Source of the DNA: an uncultured bacterium
GTDB lineage: Bacteria > SAR324 > NAC60-12
Length of the DNA: 12,123 nt
Assembly (NCBI GenBank): GCA_965662845.1
Contig: CBFIJD010000052.1
Coordinates: 1-12,123 of the forward strand
Direction of reading: 5' to 3'
The notes beneath the pieces are model-generated. The model was not told the DNA's origin. It searched no databases and saw only the letters and a list, made by a program, of their open reading frames with translations. Shown here one piece after another: positions 1 through 8,233 of this stretch; the first letter of the stretch is position 1, and every line of letters starts with the position of its first letter. The translations under genes were made by a program, and so were the position numbers.

Positions 1-677
1 AGAGCAGCGCACACATCAACGGTACGCTCGGCGCGAGGCGTAGCGATCGGGAGCTCTCGCAGCAGCGTGGTGGGCGAGCCGCCGAAGCACAGCAGACGAT
101 CTGCGAAACGCAGCGCTTCGTCGAGGTCATGTGTGACGAGCAGCACCGCGCAGCGATGCTCCAGCCAGACTTCCAGCAGCAGCTCGCGCAAGACCTCCGC
201 GTTGTGTGCATCCAGCGAGACGAACGGCTCGTCCATCAACAGCAGCTGAGGTTGCACCGCGAAGGCACGGGCCAAAGCGACGCGACGCGCCATTCCCAGC
301 GAGAGTTCATTAGGGAACGCCTTGCGCGTGTGACCGACGCCCATCCGCTCCAGAAATCGCCACGGTTGCTCGCTGTGGCGCAAGGCTGGCGGCAGCGCGA
401 GGCGCAAGTTTTGTTCGACTGTTCGCCACGGGAGCAGACGCGGATCTTGGAAGACATAGCCCAAGCGAGCCTCTTCCGCGAAGGTCAGCGTTCCCGAGAA
501 GTCTGGGTCAATCTGCGCGATCAGGTTCAACAGCGTCGTCTTGCCGCAGCCGGAAGGGCCAAACAGGCACACGAACTCACCGTCTGCGACCTCAAGCGTC
601 ACGTCTCGCAAAATGGTCTGCGTCACTGCGGTCTCCGCCGAGCGGAACTGCTTCTGTTCAAGCTGCAGACGCAGCAC
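1..677 (-). CDS. ABC transporter ATP-binding protein, NitT/TauT (SsuB-like) family; 3' end truncated by window edge
   Basis: Not in the ORF track because it has no stop in the window. Manual minus-strand translation from GTG at 677 gives MLRLQLEQKQF...GPSGCGKTT (Walker A)...GYVFQDPRLLPW (Q-loop)...FPNELSLGMARRVALARA (signature variant LSLGM)...LLLMDEPFVSLD (Walker B/D-loop)...LLVTHD (H-switch). The start overlaps the permease 3' end (658-677). The exact start codon is inferred. Confidence 0.93.
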   Translation of the reverse strand, partial: MLRLQLEQKQFRSAETAVTQTILRDVTLEVADGEFVCLFGPSGCGKTTLLNLIAQIDPDFSGTLTFAEEARLGYVFQDPRLLPWRTVEQNLRLALPPALRHSEQPWRFLERMGVGHTRKAFPNELSLGMARRVALARAFAVQPQLLLMDEPFVSLDAHNAEVLRELLLEVWLEHRCAVLLVTHDLDEALRFADRLLCFGGSPTTLLRELPIATPRAERTVDVCAA

Positions 678-1419
678 CTTGCCAGCGGCGAGCACGTTGC
701 TCCAGCGGTTGCAGGACGCCCCACTCCAAGCCTTGCACCACGACGATGAAGCTCAGGCTGTAAGCCAGCAGCGTGGCGACGTCAAAGAGTTGAAAATAGA
801 AGTGAATTTGAAACCCGATGCCGTCGCTGCGGCCTAACAATTCGACGACCAGCACAATCTTCCAGATCAGCGAGAGGCCTGAGCGAGCGGCGGCCATCGT
901 GTATGGCAAGAGCTGCGGAATCCACAGATGCCACAGCTGCTCTGTCCACGACAGGCGATAGGCTCGCGCCAGCTGCTGAAACCGAAGGTCGAAGCTACGG
1001 ACGCCTTCTCGGAAGATGACCGTCACGTTGGGCACTTTATTGACAATCACCGCCGTCAGCGCCGCAGCCTCGACCAAGCCGAGCCACAGGTAGCACAACA
1101 CGATGGTCACCAAGGCAGGGATGTTGAGCAGCACAATCAGCCAGAGGTCTAGCGCGCGGTTAGCGCTGCGGGACGTCCCCATCCAAGCCCCGAGAGCGGC
1201 GCCCAAGAGCATGGACACGCCGAAACAAATCAGCACGCGTCGCAAGGTCGCCCAGAGGTGCCCCCAGAGGCGGCCCGCCTCGATCTCTTGCAGCAGAGAG
1301 GCGAACACGCTGGTGGGCGCAGGCAAAACCGTCGTGTCTTGCCACTGCGCGAGCCCTTCCCACAGCACAATCACCGCGACGATGGAGCTGACGTTCCACC
1401 AGAGCAGCTGGTTTCTCAC
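658..1419 (-). CDS. ABC transporter permease, NitT/TauT (SsuC-like) family
   Basis: 253 aa, several hydrophobic helices, N-terminal 'VLWE...LPAPTSV' pattern and EAA-like loop (EGVRSFDLRFQQLARAY...IPQLLPY...GLSLIWKIVLVVELLG). GTG start a few nt after the upstream stop, with GAGGA just upstream. Lies between the SBP and ATPase genes. Confidence 0.93.
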   Translation of the reverse strand: MRNQLLWWNVSSIVAVIVLWEGLAQWQDTTVLPAPTSVFASLLQEIEAGRLWGHLWATLRRVLICFGVSMLLGAALGAWMGTSRSANRALDLWLIVLLNIPALVTIVLCYLWLGLVEAAALTAVIVNKVPNVTVIFREGVRSFDLRFQQLARAYRLSWTEQLWHLWIPQLLPYTMAAARSGLSLIWKIVLVVELLGRSDGIGFQIHFYFQLFDVATLLAYSLSFIVVVQGLEWGVLQPLEQRARRWQGAASAA

Positions 1420-1423
1420 GTCC

Positions 1424-2380
1424 TCACTTCACATCCCAGAAGGTGCCTGCGGTCAGTTCATTCTTATCACCGGTCAACTCTTTGCCGCCAATCGCGCCGA
1501 GTTGGGCGAAGAGCTTCGCGGCGTCTCGCTCTTGGGCGACCGTCACAGGCTGCGGGATGCCTTGCAGGAAGCCTTCTCGCAGCTTCTGGAAGTGCGCTTC
1601 CGACTTTGTGTTCATTTGCGGGCGGATGTGCTCCCACGCTTCTTCTGTGGTGCGCAGCAGCTCTTTGGCTGCGCTAGAGGCTTGGGCGAGCCCACGGACC
1701 GCCGCTGGATTGGCCTTGCCCCAGTCTTCCATAAAGACGTAGCCCAGCATCGGGAGGGTGCCCTCCATGCCAAGGTCGATCTGCAGATCAGAGAGTTCAA
1801 CTAGGCGCCGCATCCCTGCCGCCTCAAGGGCTGCGGAGAAGTGCCAGTAAGTGATCACGGCATCTAAGCGCCCGGCTTGCAGCTCTTGGTTGAGCAGAGG
1901 TGGGGCCGCATACGAGGTCTGGATCTTGGCGATGTCGACACCCTCCTGAGGCGCGACGGCTTGCAGCAGCAGCCAACCTTTGCTCAAAGCGCCTCCCGCG
2001 ATGCCGACGCGCTTGCCTTCCAGCTCCTTCAGCGAGGTGATGCCGGCGTCGGGACGCACCATCAGCCCTCCCACAGACGATGAGTAAGGGATGAAGGTGT
2101 AGTTCCGCCCCTCGGTGCGCTGCTTGGAGACCCACATCCAATCCGCGACGGCGACGTCGGCGCCTCCATTTAAGAGCGCGAGGCGCGTCGCAGGCAGGTT
2201 CGCCATCTTGACCACTTGCAGATCAATGCCCGCGGCCTTGTCGAGCTGGTAGTGTCGAATCGTCTCGATTTCCCAGTTGACCGTGCCGTATCCCAGCAGC
2301 GCCATGCGGACGGTTGATTCAGCGAGCAGAGGGCTGGCGAGCAGACAAAGCGAAGCCAAGAAGAGAGCAAGGCGTTGCAT
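1424..2380 (-). CDS. pqqT: ABC transporter periplasmic substrate-binding protein, NitT/TauT family, PqqT-like (putative PQQ-binding)
   Basis: Sec signal peptide MQRLALFLASLCLLASPLLA. ATG at 2380 is preceded by GGAG (2387-2390), so it is preferred over the track start at 2392. Motifs GTVNWE, DWMWVS, PYSSSVG, GIAGGALSKGWLLL, YWHF and PMLGYVF match, from recall, the SBP family encoded next to xoxF/PQQ-ADH genes that includes Methylorubrum PqqT. The SBP call is firm; the pqqT symbol is a homology inference. Confidence 0.8.
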   Translation of the reverse strand: MQRLALFLASLCLLASPLLAESTVRMALLGYGTVNWEIETIRHYQLDKAAGIDLQVVKMANLPATRLALLNGGADVAVADWMWVSKQRTEGRNYTFIPYSSSVGGLMVRPDAGITSLKELEGKRVGIAGGALSKGWLLLQAVAPQEGVDIAKIQTSYAAPPLLNQELQAGRLDAVITYWHFSAALEAAGMRRLVELSDLQIDLGMEGTLPMLGYVFMEDWGKANPAAVRGLAQASSAAKELLRTTEEAWEHIRPQMNTKSEAHFQKLREGFLQGIPQPVTVAQERDAAKLFAQLGAIGGKELTGDKNELTAGTFWDVK

Positions 2381-2410
2381 GTGGAACTCCACGGGTGACG
2401 AGGTTGTGAG

Positions 2411-3412
2411 TTACTCTTCCACCTGCAGAAACTGCGGCAAGCGGTAAGTCATTCCATAAGATTCGTAGATGCGCTGGATGGTGCCGTCGTCAATGAGCGC
2501 CATCATTTCGCCTTCAATCGCATAACCGAGGTCACGGAAATCTTGGCGCACTGCCACGCCAATATCCCAAGCCGTGCGTACGGCTGCGGTACTTTCTTGA
2601 CACTCAAAGTTGAACACGATGTCAGACGTCCAATCGCGCTCGATGTTCGGACAGCGCAGAACCTTGCGGGGCATGGCGATCATTTGCATTGGAGCCGGCG
2701 TGAGGTGGATGTGCTCAGCTTGCGAGAGACCATGCTCTACCACCCCAGCGACCCCCATCGTCGCGGCGACTTCTCCGCTGAGGACGGCCTGATTCGCTTC
2801 CAGCTGGGTGCGGAAGTGGCGCACTTGGTTGCGCAAGCGCCCGCCCATGATGGACGAGAGCATAAAGTCGGGGATGCTGTCGGTCTCGACGCTCACGGGC
2901 TCGTAGCCAAAGATCGTGTAGTTGCGAAATTCTTCAATGCGGTTGGTGTCATACGCCAACAAGAACGTGTCTGAAGCGTAGGGCGCAAATAGGACAAACA
3001 TCTCGTTGCGCGCTTCCAGCTCAAAATCGTAGGGCACACGGAGCATCACGTCCGCGAGGCTCTTGATCGGGCTATCGAACTTCCAGACCATGTGGCCCTT
3101 CCAGACAGCGTTGCGCAGGTCATCTTCTACGTTCTCGTCTGCCGTCACCCAGAACCACTCCGGCTGCACGCCTAGTCGCGCAGCGATGGCTTTGCCAACC
3201 TCGATGTCCACCCCTTTGGCGACGCCTTCTTCGCGATAGGAGTACGGGCGGTTGTCGTCATACACGGCGATGTAGAGAACCCCCGACTCCACGACTTCAT
3301 CATAAAGGCGCGCGTGAGCGGAGGTGACCAGCGCTGCCCAGATGAGCAGCGTCATCCAGAGCGCTCGCGCTGCCCAAGGTGAGGACGACATCCATTGTCC
3401 GCGTGTAGGCAT
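2411..3412 (-). CDS. Quinoprotein dehydrogenase-associated periplasmic substrate-binding-fold protein (SBP family 3; PedG/MxaJ-like accessory protein)
   Basis: Signal peptide ending AHA, SBP_3-like N-terminus (SGVLYIAVYDDNRPYS...GVDIEVGKAIAARLGV), motif ADENVEDDLRNAVWKGH...ADVMLRVPYD, and C-terminal DGTIQRIYESYG. Directly downstream of cytochrome c550, as in ped/exa clusters. Alternative start ATG at 3391. Confidence 0.8.
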   Translation of the reverse strand: MPTRGQWMSSSPWAARALWMTLLIWAALVTSAHARLYDEVVESGVLYIAVYDDNRPYSYREEGVAKGVDIEVGKAIAARLGVQPEWFWVTADENVEDDLRNAVWKGHMVWKFDSPIKSLADVMLRVPYDFELEARNEMFVLFAPYASDTFLLAYDTNRIEEFRNYTIFGYEPVSVETDSIPDFMLSSIMGGRLRNQVRHFRTQLEANQAVLSGEVAATMGVAGVVEHGLSQAEHIHLTPAPMQMIAMPRKVLRCPNIERDWTSDIVFNFECQESTAAVRTAWDIGVAVRQDFRDLGYAIEGEMMALIDDGTIQRIYESYGMTYRLPQFLQVEE

Positions 3413-3418
3413 GACGGG

Positions 3419-3847
3419 TTACTCTTCGACGTACTGAGTCACGATGTAGGCGCGGATTGCCCACATCGCCTCTTGGGAGAGGATGTTCTCAAACGGCGGC
3501 ATTTTGTAAGCGCCGTTCTGCTCGTAGCCTTCGCGTACGCGCATCATGTACCACTCGTCACCTTCTAGCCCCAGAGGCAGATAGCGCAGATCGGGAGCGA
3601 TTCCCCCGGAGATCACCTCTAACCCATGGCAGCGGGCGCAGTTTTGGTTGTAGCCAGAAGAGCCAATTTCAATGGCGACTGGGTTGCCTTCATAGGGGTT
3701 TTCTTCCAACCACTCGTCTCCAAGCGCGGGAAGTCCATTTGTATTTAGCGCTTGTGGAGTCACGTCGCCGTGCGCCCAAGCGGGGCTGGTCAGCGCCAGG
3801 CTTGCGACTGCGGTCAACAAGGCGCGGCGAAAGGTTGATGGCAGCAT
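3419..3847 (-). CDS. pedF: Cytochrome c550, electron acceptor of the PQQ alcohol dehydrogenase (PedF/ExaB)
   Basis: Signal peptide ending AWA followed by HGDVTPQ, one heme-binding CARCH motif, GGIAPDLR, distal-Met region KMPPF, and 'QEAMWAIRAY'. RBS AAGGAG at 3853-3858. Directly downstream of the PQQ-ADH. Confidence 0.92.
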   Translation of the reverse strand: MLPSTFRRALLTAVASLALTSPAWAHGDVTPQALNTNGLPALGDEWLEENPYEGNPVAIEIGSSGYNQNCARCHGLEVISGGIAPDLRYLPLGLEGDEWYMMRVREGYEQNGAYKMPPFENILSQEAMWAIRAYIVTQYVEE

Positions 3848-3967
3848 AAGTTCTCCTTGGTTTTGTCAGTTTTGAAAACGAGCTCGCAGGCGTCGCGAGG
3901 GGGGAGCCACCCTTTCCATCTCTGCGGCGTGAGCCGCTCTTGCGGTGGGTCCCGGTCAGGCTTGTCG

Positions 3968-4019
3968 CAAAAACAGGCCGGACGTCTCTTGGGCTAAAGT
4001 GGCCTCCGGTCGGTTTTTG
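3968..4019 (-). terminator. Imperfect stem-loop ending in a U-tract; possible partial terminator or attenuator between pedH and pedF
   Basis: Minus-strand RNA CAAAAAC-CGA-CCGGA...UCCGG-CCU-GUUUUUG. Arms are 3968-3982 and 4005-4019. Confidence 0.35.
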
Positions 4020-4033
4020 TGTGCTGTTGCGGG

Positions 4034-4089
4034 AGGAACCCTCTCCCGCCTCCTGTGAGGGAGGAGGCTTCGTGGTTGAGAGGGTTCCT
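4034..4089. repeat. Nested inverted repeat (long RNA hairpin) about 30 nt downstream of the pedH stop
   Basis: Perfect 12-bp outer arms AGGAACCCTCTC (4034-4045) / GAGAGGGTTCCT (4078-4089) enclose a perfect 7-bp inner stem GCCTCCT (4048-4054) / AGGAGGC (4062-4068). No U-tract follows on the minus strand. Confidence 0.75.
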
Positions 4090-4118
4090 TGATCGGGGTG
4101 ATCAGAGAGGCAGGTTGC

Positions 4119-5942
4119 TTAGTTCTGGGTCACCTGAACACCAGCTTGCTCTGAGGAGCTTTTGGTCCGTTCAGCTAACGCTTTGTTCAGCTTGAAGGTC
4201 CAGACCATGCCACCTTGGTTCAGGAAGTTGACACGCTTAGCCACGTCTCCGCCCCACAGAGGCACAGCGCCCCCCCAACCGGAGACGATCGAGACGTATT
4301 GCTCGCCGTCCATCTTCCAGGTCACAGGGGAAGAGACGATTCCGGAGCCTGTCTGGAACTCATAGAGGATCTCGCCGGTCTCATCGTCCACCGCACGGAA
4401 TTGGCCTTCAGGCGTCCCGTAGAAGACCAGACCACCTGCCGTGCTGAGCACACCTCCCCAGAGGGGGGCGTTGTTGCGAATCTCCCACTTCATCTCGCCG
4501 CTCTTCGGGTCAAAGGCACGGAGAGTCCCGATGTAATCCTCATGTACGGCTTTGATGGTGAAACCAGCGCCCAAGTAGGCTGCGCCTTTCTTGTAAGTGA
4601 TGGGCTCATTCCAAATGTCCATTCCCCACTCGTTAGCCGGCACATAGAAGAGTCCGGTGCGCTGGCTATACGCCATGGGCTGCCAGTTTTTGCCGCCCAA
4701 GAAGGAAGGCTGCGCGAAGATCACTTCGCCCTTGGTGCCTTCGGTGTCTGCGGGGTTGCCGGGGCGATTCTGACGCCACATTGGGCGACCGTTCGCGGCG
4801 AGGCCTTCGGTCCAGTTCTGCTCAACGAACTCGAAGCCACGGATGAACTCACCGTTCTCGCGGTTGAGGACGTAGAAGAAGCCGTTGCGGTCGGCGTGGC
4901 CACCAGCCTTGATCGTGCGTCCGGTCTCGGGGTCGATGTAGTCAAAGGCAATGAACTCGTTCACACCGTCGAAGTCCCAGCCGTCATTTGGTGTGTACTG
5001 GAAGTGCCAGCGGATCTCTCCGGTGTTGACATCTAAGGCCACAGTAGAGGTGCTGTAGAGGTTGTCGCCTGGGCGCAAGTGAGCGTTCCACGGCGCGGGG
5101 TTCCCGGTGCCGAAGAAGGCCAAGCCAGTGTCAGGGTCATAGGTTCCGCCGTTCCACGTCGCGGCGCCGCCGGTCTTCCACAGGTCTCCTGGCCACGTTT
5201 TGCCAGCTTGTCCACCGGTGATGCCGTTCTCCATCTTTTGGCCGTCTTTCCAGATGTAGCCCATGTGTCCTTCGACGGTCGGGCGCATCCACAGCATCTC
5301 GCCTGTTTTGGCGTCACGCGCTTCCACTTTCCCCACGACGCCGAACTCGCCACCAGAGACGCCGGTGAGCACCATGCCGTTCACAATGATAGGCGCGGCG
5401 GTGTAGGAGTAGCCCGCTTTGTAGTCTTCAATCTTCTTGCGCCATACGGTCTTGCCGGTCTTGCGGTCTAAGGCCACGAGCTTTGCGTCCAAGGTCCCGA
5501 AGATCACGAGGTTGTCATACAGAGCCGCGCCTCGGTTGATGACGTCGCAGCAGGGCATGATGCCGTTGGGCAGGCGCGCTTCGTATTGCCACAGCTCTTC
5601 GCCGGTGCGGGAGTCAATCGCCCACATGCGAGAGTAAGAGCCCGTCACGTACATGATGCCGTCTTTGTCGATCAGTGGCTGAGACTCTTGTCCACGCTGC
5701 TTCTCGCCGCCGAAGGAGAACGCCCACACAGGCGAGAGGAACTGAGCGTTGCTCTTGTTGAGGTCACTGATGGGGCTGTAGCGCTGAGCGCGGGGTCCCA
5801 AGCCGTAGCTCACTACATCTTCTGGCGTCATCTGGTCATTGAGGATTTCCGCGTCGGTCACGGCGTGGACGCTATTTCCGCCAAGGAACATCGCGCCGGC
5901 AGCCACGAAAGCGGCCATGGTCAGTTTGAACGTCTTCTTCAT
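4119..5942 (-). CDS. pedH: PQQ-dependent alcohol dehydrogenase, type I (methanol/ethanol family), lanthanide-dependent PedH/ExaF type
   Basis: 607 aa with Sec signal peptide, W-docking beta-propeller repeats (A.D..TG...W), vicinal Cys pair CCDVINRG (C131-C132), metal ligands E199 (SGGEFG), N281 (GTGNPAPW), D323, and the extra Asp D325 in WDFDGVNE. Also FLGGKNW and C-terminal [11 protein letters not shown] typical of the ExaA/PedE/PedH clade. No C-terminal CxxCH domain. RBS TAAGGGG at 5951-5957. Confidence 0.95.
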   Translation of the reverse strand: MKKTFKLTMAAFVAAGAMFLGGNSVHAVTDAEILNDQMTPEDVVSYGLGPRAQRYSPISDLNKSNAQFLSPVWAFSFGGEKQRGQESQPLIDKDGIMYVTGSYSRMWAIDSRTGEELWQYEARLPNGIMPCCDVINRGAALYDNLVIFGTLDAKLVALDRKTGKTVWRKKIEDYKAGYSYTAAPIIVNGMVLTGVSGGEFGVVGKVEARDAKTGEMLWMRPTVEGHMGYIWKDGQKMENGITGGQAGKTWPGDLWKTGGAATWNGGTYDPDTGLAFFGTGNPAPWNAHLRPGDNLYSTSTVALDVNTGEIRWHFQYTPNDGWDFDGVNEFIAFDYIDPETGRTIKAGGHADRNGFFYVLNRENGEFIRGFEFVEQNWTEGLAANGRPMWRQNRPGNPADTEGTKGEVIFAQPSFLGGKNWQPMAYSQRTGLFYVPANEWGMDIWNEPITYKKGAAYLGAGFTIKAVHEDYIGTLRAFDPKSGEMKWEIRNNAPLWGGVLSTAGGLVFYGTPEGQFRAVDDETGEILYEFQTGSGIVSSPVTWKMDGEQYVSIVSGWGGAVPLWGGDVAKRVNFLNQGGMVWTFKLNKALAERTKSSSEQAGVQVTQN

Positions 5943-6095
5943 TGTGTTTTCCCCTTATCAGGTGTGAAGGATGTTTGTCACGCACGCGGTGGTGGCGACG
6001 AATGACTTCCGCTCCAGCTTTGCGTTGCTCGGTAAAAACGGAGCGGAAGTTTGAATGCTGCGAAGCCCTCTGCAGATGGCCTTCGCACACGGGAG

Positions 6096-6500
6096 CTAGG
6101 CGTTCGCCGCAACTAGCTCTGACTGATCTCCGGTTAGAACCGGCTGATTTTCCAATTCTTTTTGTTCTTCTTCGCTGAAGACGCGGGACTGGATGATGAA
6201 GCGCTTGCCCTCTGGCGCCTCTAACGAGAAGCTCGCGCCGCGACCTTTGACGACGTCTAGCTCAAGGTGGGTGTGCGACCAGCAGACGAACTGTTCTCCG
6301 CCGATGTAATAGGCTGTGCCTTCGATATCCGCCAAGAAAACATCGTAGTGCCCAATGCGGAACTCACTTTTGGGATAGCACATGGGGGCGCTGCCATCAC
6401 AGCAACCACCCGATTGGTGCAAGATCAGCTCGCCGTGCTTTTCTTTGAGTTCGCGCAACAGCTCTAAGGCCGCTGGGGTCGCGGATGCTCTAGGTACCAT
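6096..6500 (-). CDS. DUF779 domain-containing protein
   Basis: Hallmark HQSGGCCDGSAPMCYP and LDVVKGRGASFSLEAPEGKRF. This family is usually found directly downstream of AldB-type aldehyde dehydrogenases. RBS GGAG at 6506-6509. Confidence 0.92.
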   Translation of the reverse strand: MVPRASATPAALELLRELKEKHGELILHQSGGCCDGSAPMCYPKSEFRIGHYDVFLADIEGTAYYIGGEQFVCWSHTHLELDVVKGRGASFSLEAPEGKRFIIQSRVFSEEEQKELENQPVLTGDQSELVAANA

Positions 6501-6553
6501 AATAGCTCCGATGAAATGCGAGGTAAGAAAGGGATGAGATCACTAAAACACAC

Positions 6554-6583
6554 CTTTTGATTCTTACTATTAAAAATCAAAAG
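6554..6583. repeat. AT-rich inverted repeat between aldB and the DUF779 gene (possible operator or hairpin)
   Basis: CTTTTGATTcTTA-ctat-TAAaAATCAAAAG: 13-bp arms with one mismatch and a 4-nt centre. Confidence 0.55.
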
Positions 6584-6712
6584 CGGCGTTCTACTCACGT
6601 AGAGATTCAGGGAGCACAGCGCTTCCTCAGGAGGTGAGAGAAAGCGCTTCGAGCTTCTACTGATCAGAGAGTGACCGCTGCGCGGCCACTTTCTTGGTCT
6701 GGGAGGAGAAAA

Positions 6713-8233
6713 TCAGAAGAAGCCCATTGGCTTAGGATCATAGCTGACCAACAAGTTCTTGGTCTGCTGGTAGTGATCCAACATCATGCGGTGGTTCTCG
6801 CGCCCGATGCCAGACTGCTTGTAGCCCCCAAACGCCGCGTGGGCTGGATAGAGGTGGTAGCAGTTTGTCCACACGCGCCCCGCTTTGATCTCACGCCCGA
6901 TGCGATAGCTGTTGTGTACGTTGCGGCTCCAGACACCAGCGCCCAGTCCATACAACGTGTCGTTCCCGATGCTGATGGCGTCGTTGAGATCATCAAAAGA
7001 GGTGACAGAGACACAAGGCCCGAAGATTTCTTCTTGGAACACGCGCATCTTGTTGTGTCCTTCAAAGATGGTGGGCTGGATGTAATATCCATCTGGGAAG
7101 CCTTCGACTTCGCGCTTTTCCCCACCGGAGAGCACCTTCGCGCCTTCTTCGCGGGCGATGTTCATGTATGACATGATCTTCTCGAACTGATCGTTGGAAG
7201 CTTGCGCTCCGATCATCGTGTCCGTGTCAAGAGGATTGCCGCCCTTCACTTTGTTGGTGCGGTCGATGGCGGCGTCCAAGAAGTCACCATAGAACGACTT
7301 CTGGATCAGCGCGCGGGAAGGACAAGTACACACTTCACCTTGGTTCAACGCGAACATGGTGAAGCCTTCCAGACACTTCTCGGCGAAGTCATCTTTCTGC
7401 GAGAAACAATCTTCAAAGAAGACGTTGGGAGACTTGCCGCCCAGCTCTAGGGTCACTGGGATGATGTTCTCTGAGGCGTACTGCATGATCAGGCGGCCGG
7501 TGGTGGTTTCACCAGTGAACGCGACCTTGGCGATGCGCTTGTTCTGCGCGAGCGGCTTGCCGGCTTCAACCCCGAAGCCGTTGACGATGTTGAGCACACC
7601 AGGAGGTAGCAAGTCGCCGACGAGCTCCATCACTAAGAGGATGCCGACAGGAGTCTGCTCGGCAGGCTTCAACACAATGCAGTTTCCAGCAGCTAAAGCC
7701 GGCGCGATCTTCCACGCGGCCATCAGGATCGGGAAGTTCCAAGGGATGATCTGCCCCACGACGCCCAAGGGCTCATGGAAATGGTAAGCGACCGTGTTGT
7801 CGTCCAGCTCAGAGATACCGCCCTCTTGGCCGCGAATACAACCTGCGAAGTAGCGGAAGTGATCAATCGCCAGCGGGATGTCGGCGACCAGCGTCTCACG
7901 GACGGCTTTCCCGTTGTCCCAAGTCTCGGCGACGGCGAGCATCTCAAGGTTCTGCTCCATGCGGTCAGCGATTTTGTTCAGGATGGCGGCGCGCTCTGTC
8001 GGAGCGGTGCGTCCCCAAGCGTCACGCGCGGCGTGGGCAGCGTCGAGCGCTTTTTCAATATCTTCCGAGGTGGAGCGAGCGACGTTTGTGAAGGGTTGTC
8101 CGGTGACAGGAGAGATGTTCTCGAAATATTGTCCCTTAGCTGGGGCGACCCACTCGCCTCCAATATAGTTTTCGTACTGGGACTTAAATGTAACCTTTGA
8201 TCCGGGATCTCCCGGCTTTGCGTAGACTGCCAT
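6713..8233 (-). CDS. aldB: NAD-dependent aldehyde (acetaldehyde) dehydrogenase, AldB/AcoD/ExaC/PedI family
   Basis: ATG at 8233 gives 506 aa (MAVYAKPG...), the usual length and N-terminus for this family, so it is preferred over the track start at 8296. Motifs: [25 protein letters not shown], catalytic Glu in LELGGKSP, catalytic Cys in [20 protein letters not shown], and C-terminal KPMGFF. Confidence 0.96.
   Translation of the reverse strand: MAVYAKPGDPGSKVTFKSQYENYIGGEWVAPAKGQYFENISPVTGQPFTNVARSTSEDIEKALDAAHAARDAWGRTAPTERAAILNKIADRMEQNLEMLAVAETWDNGKAVRETLVADIPLAIDHFRYFAGCIRGQEGGISELDDNTVAYHFHEPLGVVGQIIPWNFPILMAAWKIAPALAAGNCIVLKPAEQTPVGILLVMELVGDLLPPGVLNIVNGFGVEAGKPLAQNKRIAKVAFTGETTTGRLIMQYASENIIPVTLELGGKSPNVFFEDCFSQKDDFAEKCLEGFTMFALNQGEVCTCPSRALIQKSFYGDFLDAAIDRTNKVKGGNPLDTDTMIGAQASNDQFEKIMSYMNIAREEGAKVLSGGEKREVEGFPDGYYIQPTIFEGHNKMRVFQEEIFGPCVSVTSFDDLNDAISIGNDTLYGLGAGVWSRNVHNSYRIGREIKAGRVWTNCYHLYPAHAAFGGYKQSGIGRENHRMMLDHYQQTKNLLVSYDPKPMGFF

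Noticed and set aside
287..304. ABC signature LSLGM instead of LSGGQ as a sign of an inactive ATPase or pseudogene
   Set aside because: Walker A, Walker B, Q-loop and H-switch are intact and the frame is open. From recall this variant is usual in this PQQ-associated NitT/TauT ATPase subfamily.
4119..5942. Calling the PQQ enzyme XoxF/MxaF methanol dehydrogenase or a type II quinohemoprotein
   Set aside because: SGGEFG, FLGGKNW and [11 protein letters not shown] plus the adjacent PedF-type cytochrome fit the ExaA/PedH clade, and there is no C-terminal CxxCH domain.
6557..6580. TTGAT...ATCAA as an FNR/ANR box
   Set aside because: The spacer is 14 nt instead of the required 4. The dyad at 9620-9633 has a 4-nt spacer but the half-sites are in reversed order (ATCAA-N4-TTGAT).
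3848..6712. A small pqqA precursor peptide (E-x-x-x-Y) in the intergenic gaps around pedH
   Set aside because: I saw no short ORF with the PqqA-type GxEVTxY pattern. The short minus-strand ORF starting at 3919 (17 aa) lacks it.
129..8200. Many long + strand ORFs (e.g. 129-749, 1103-1804, 4215-5036, 6671-7171, 7775-8200)
   Set aside because: They are antisense shadows of well-supported minus-strand genes in GC-rich DNA and show no recognisable motifs.
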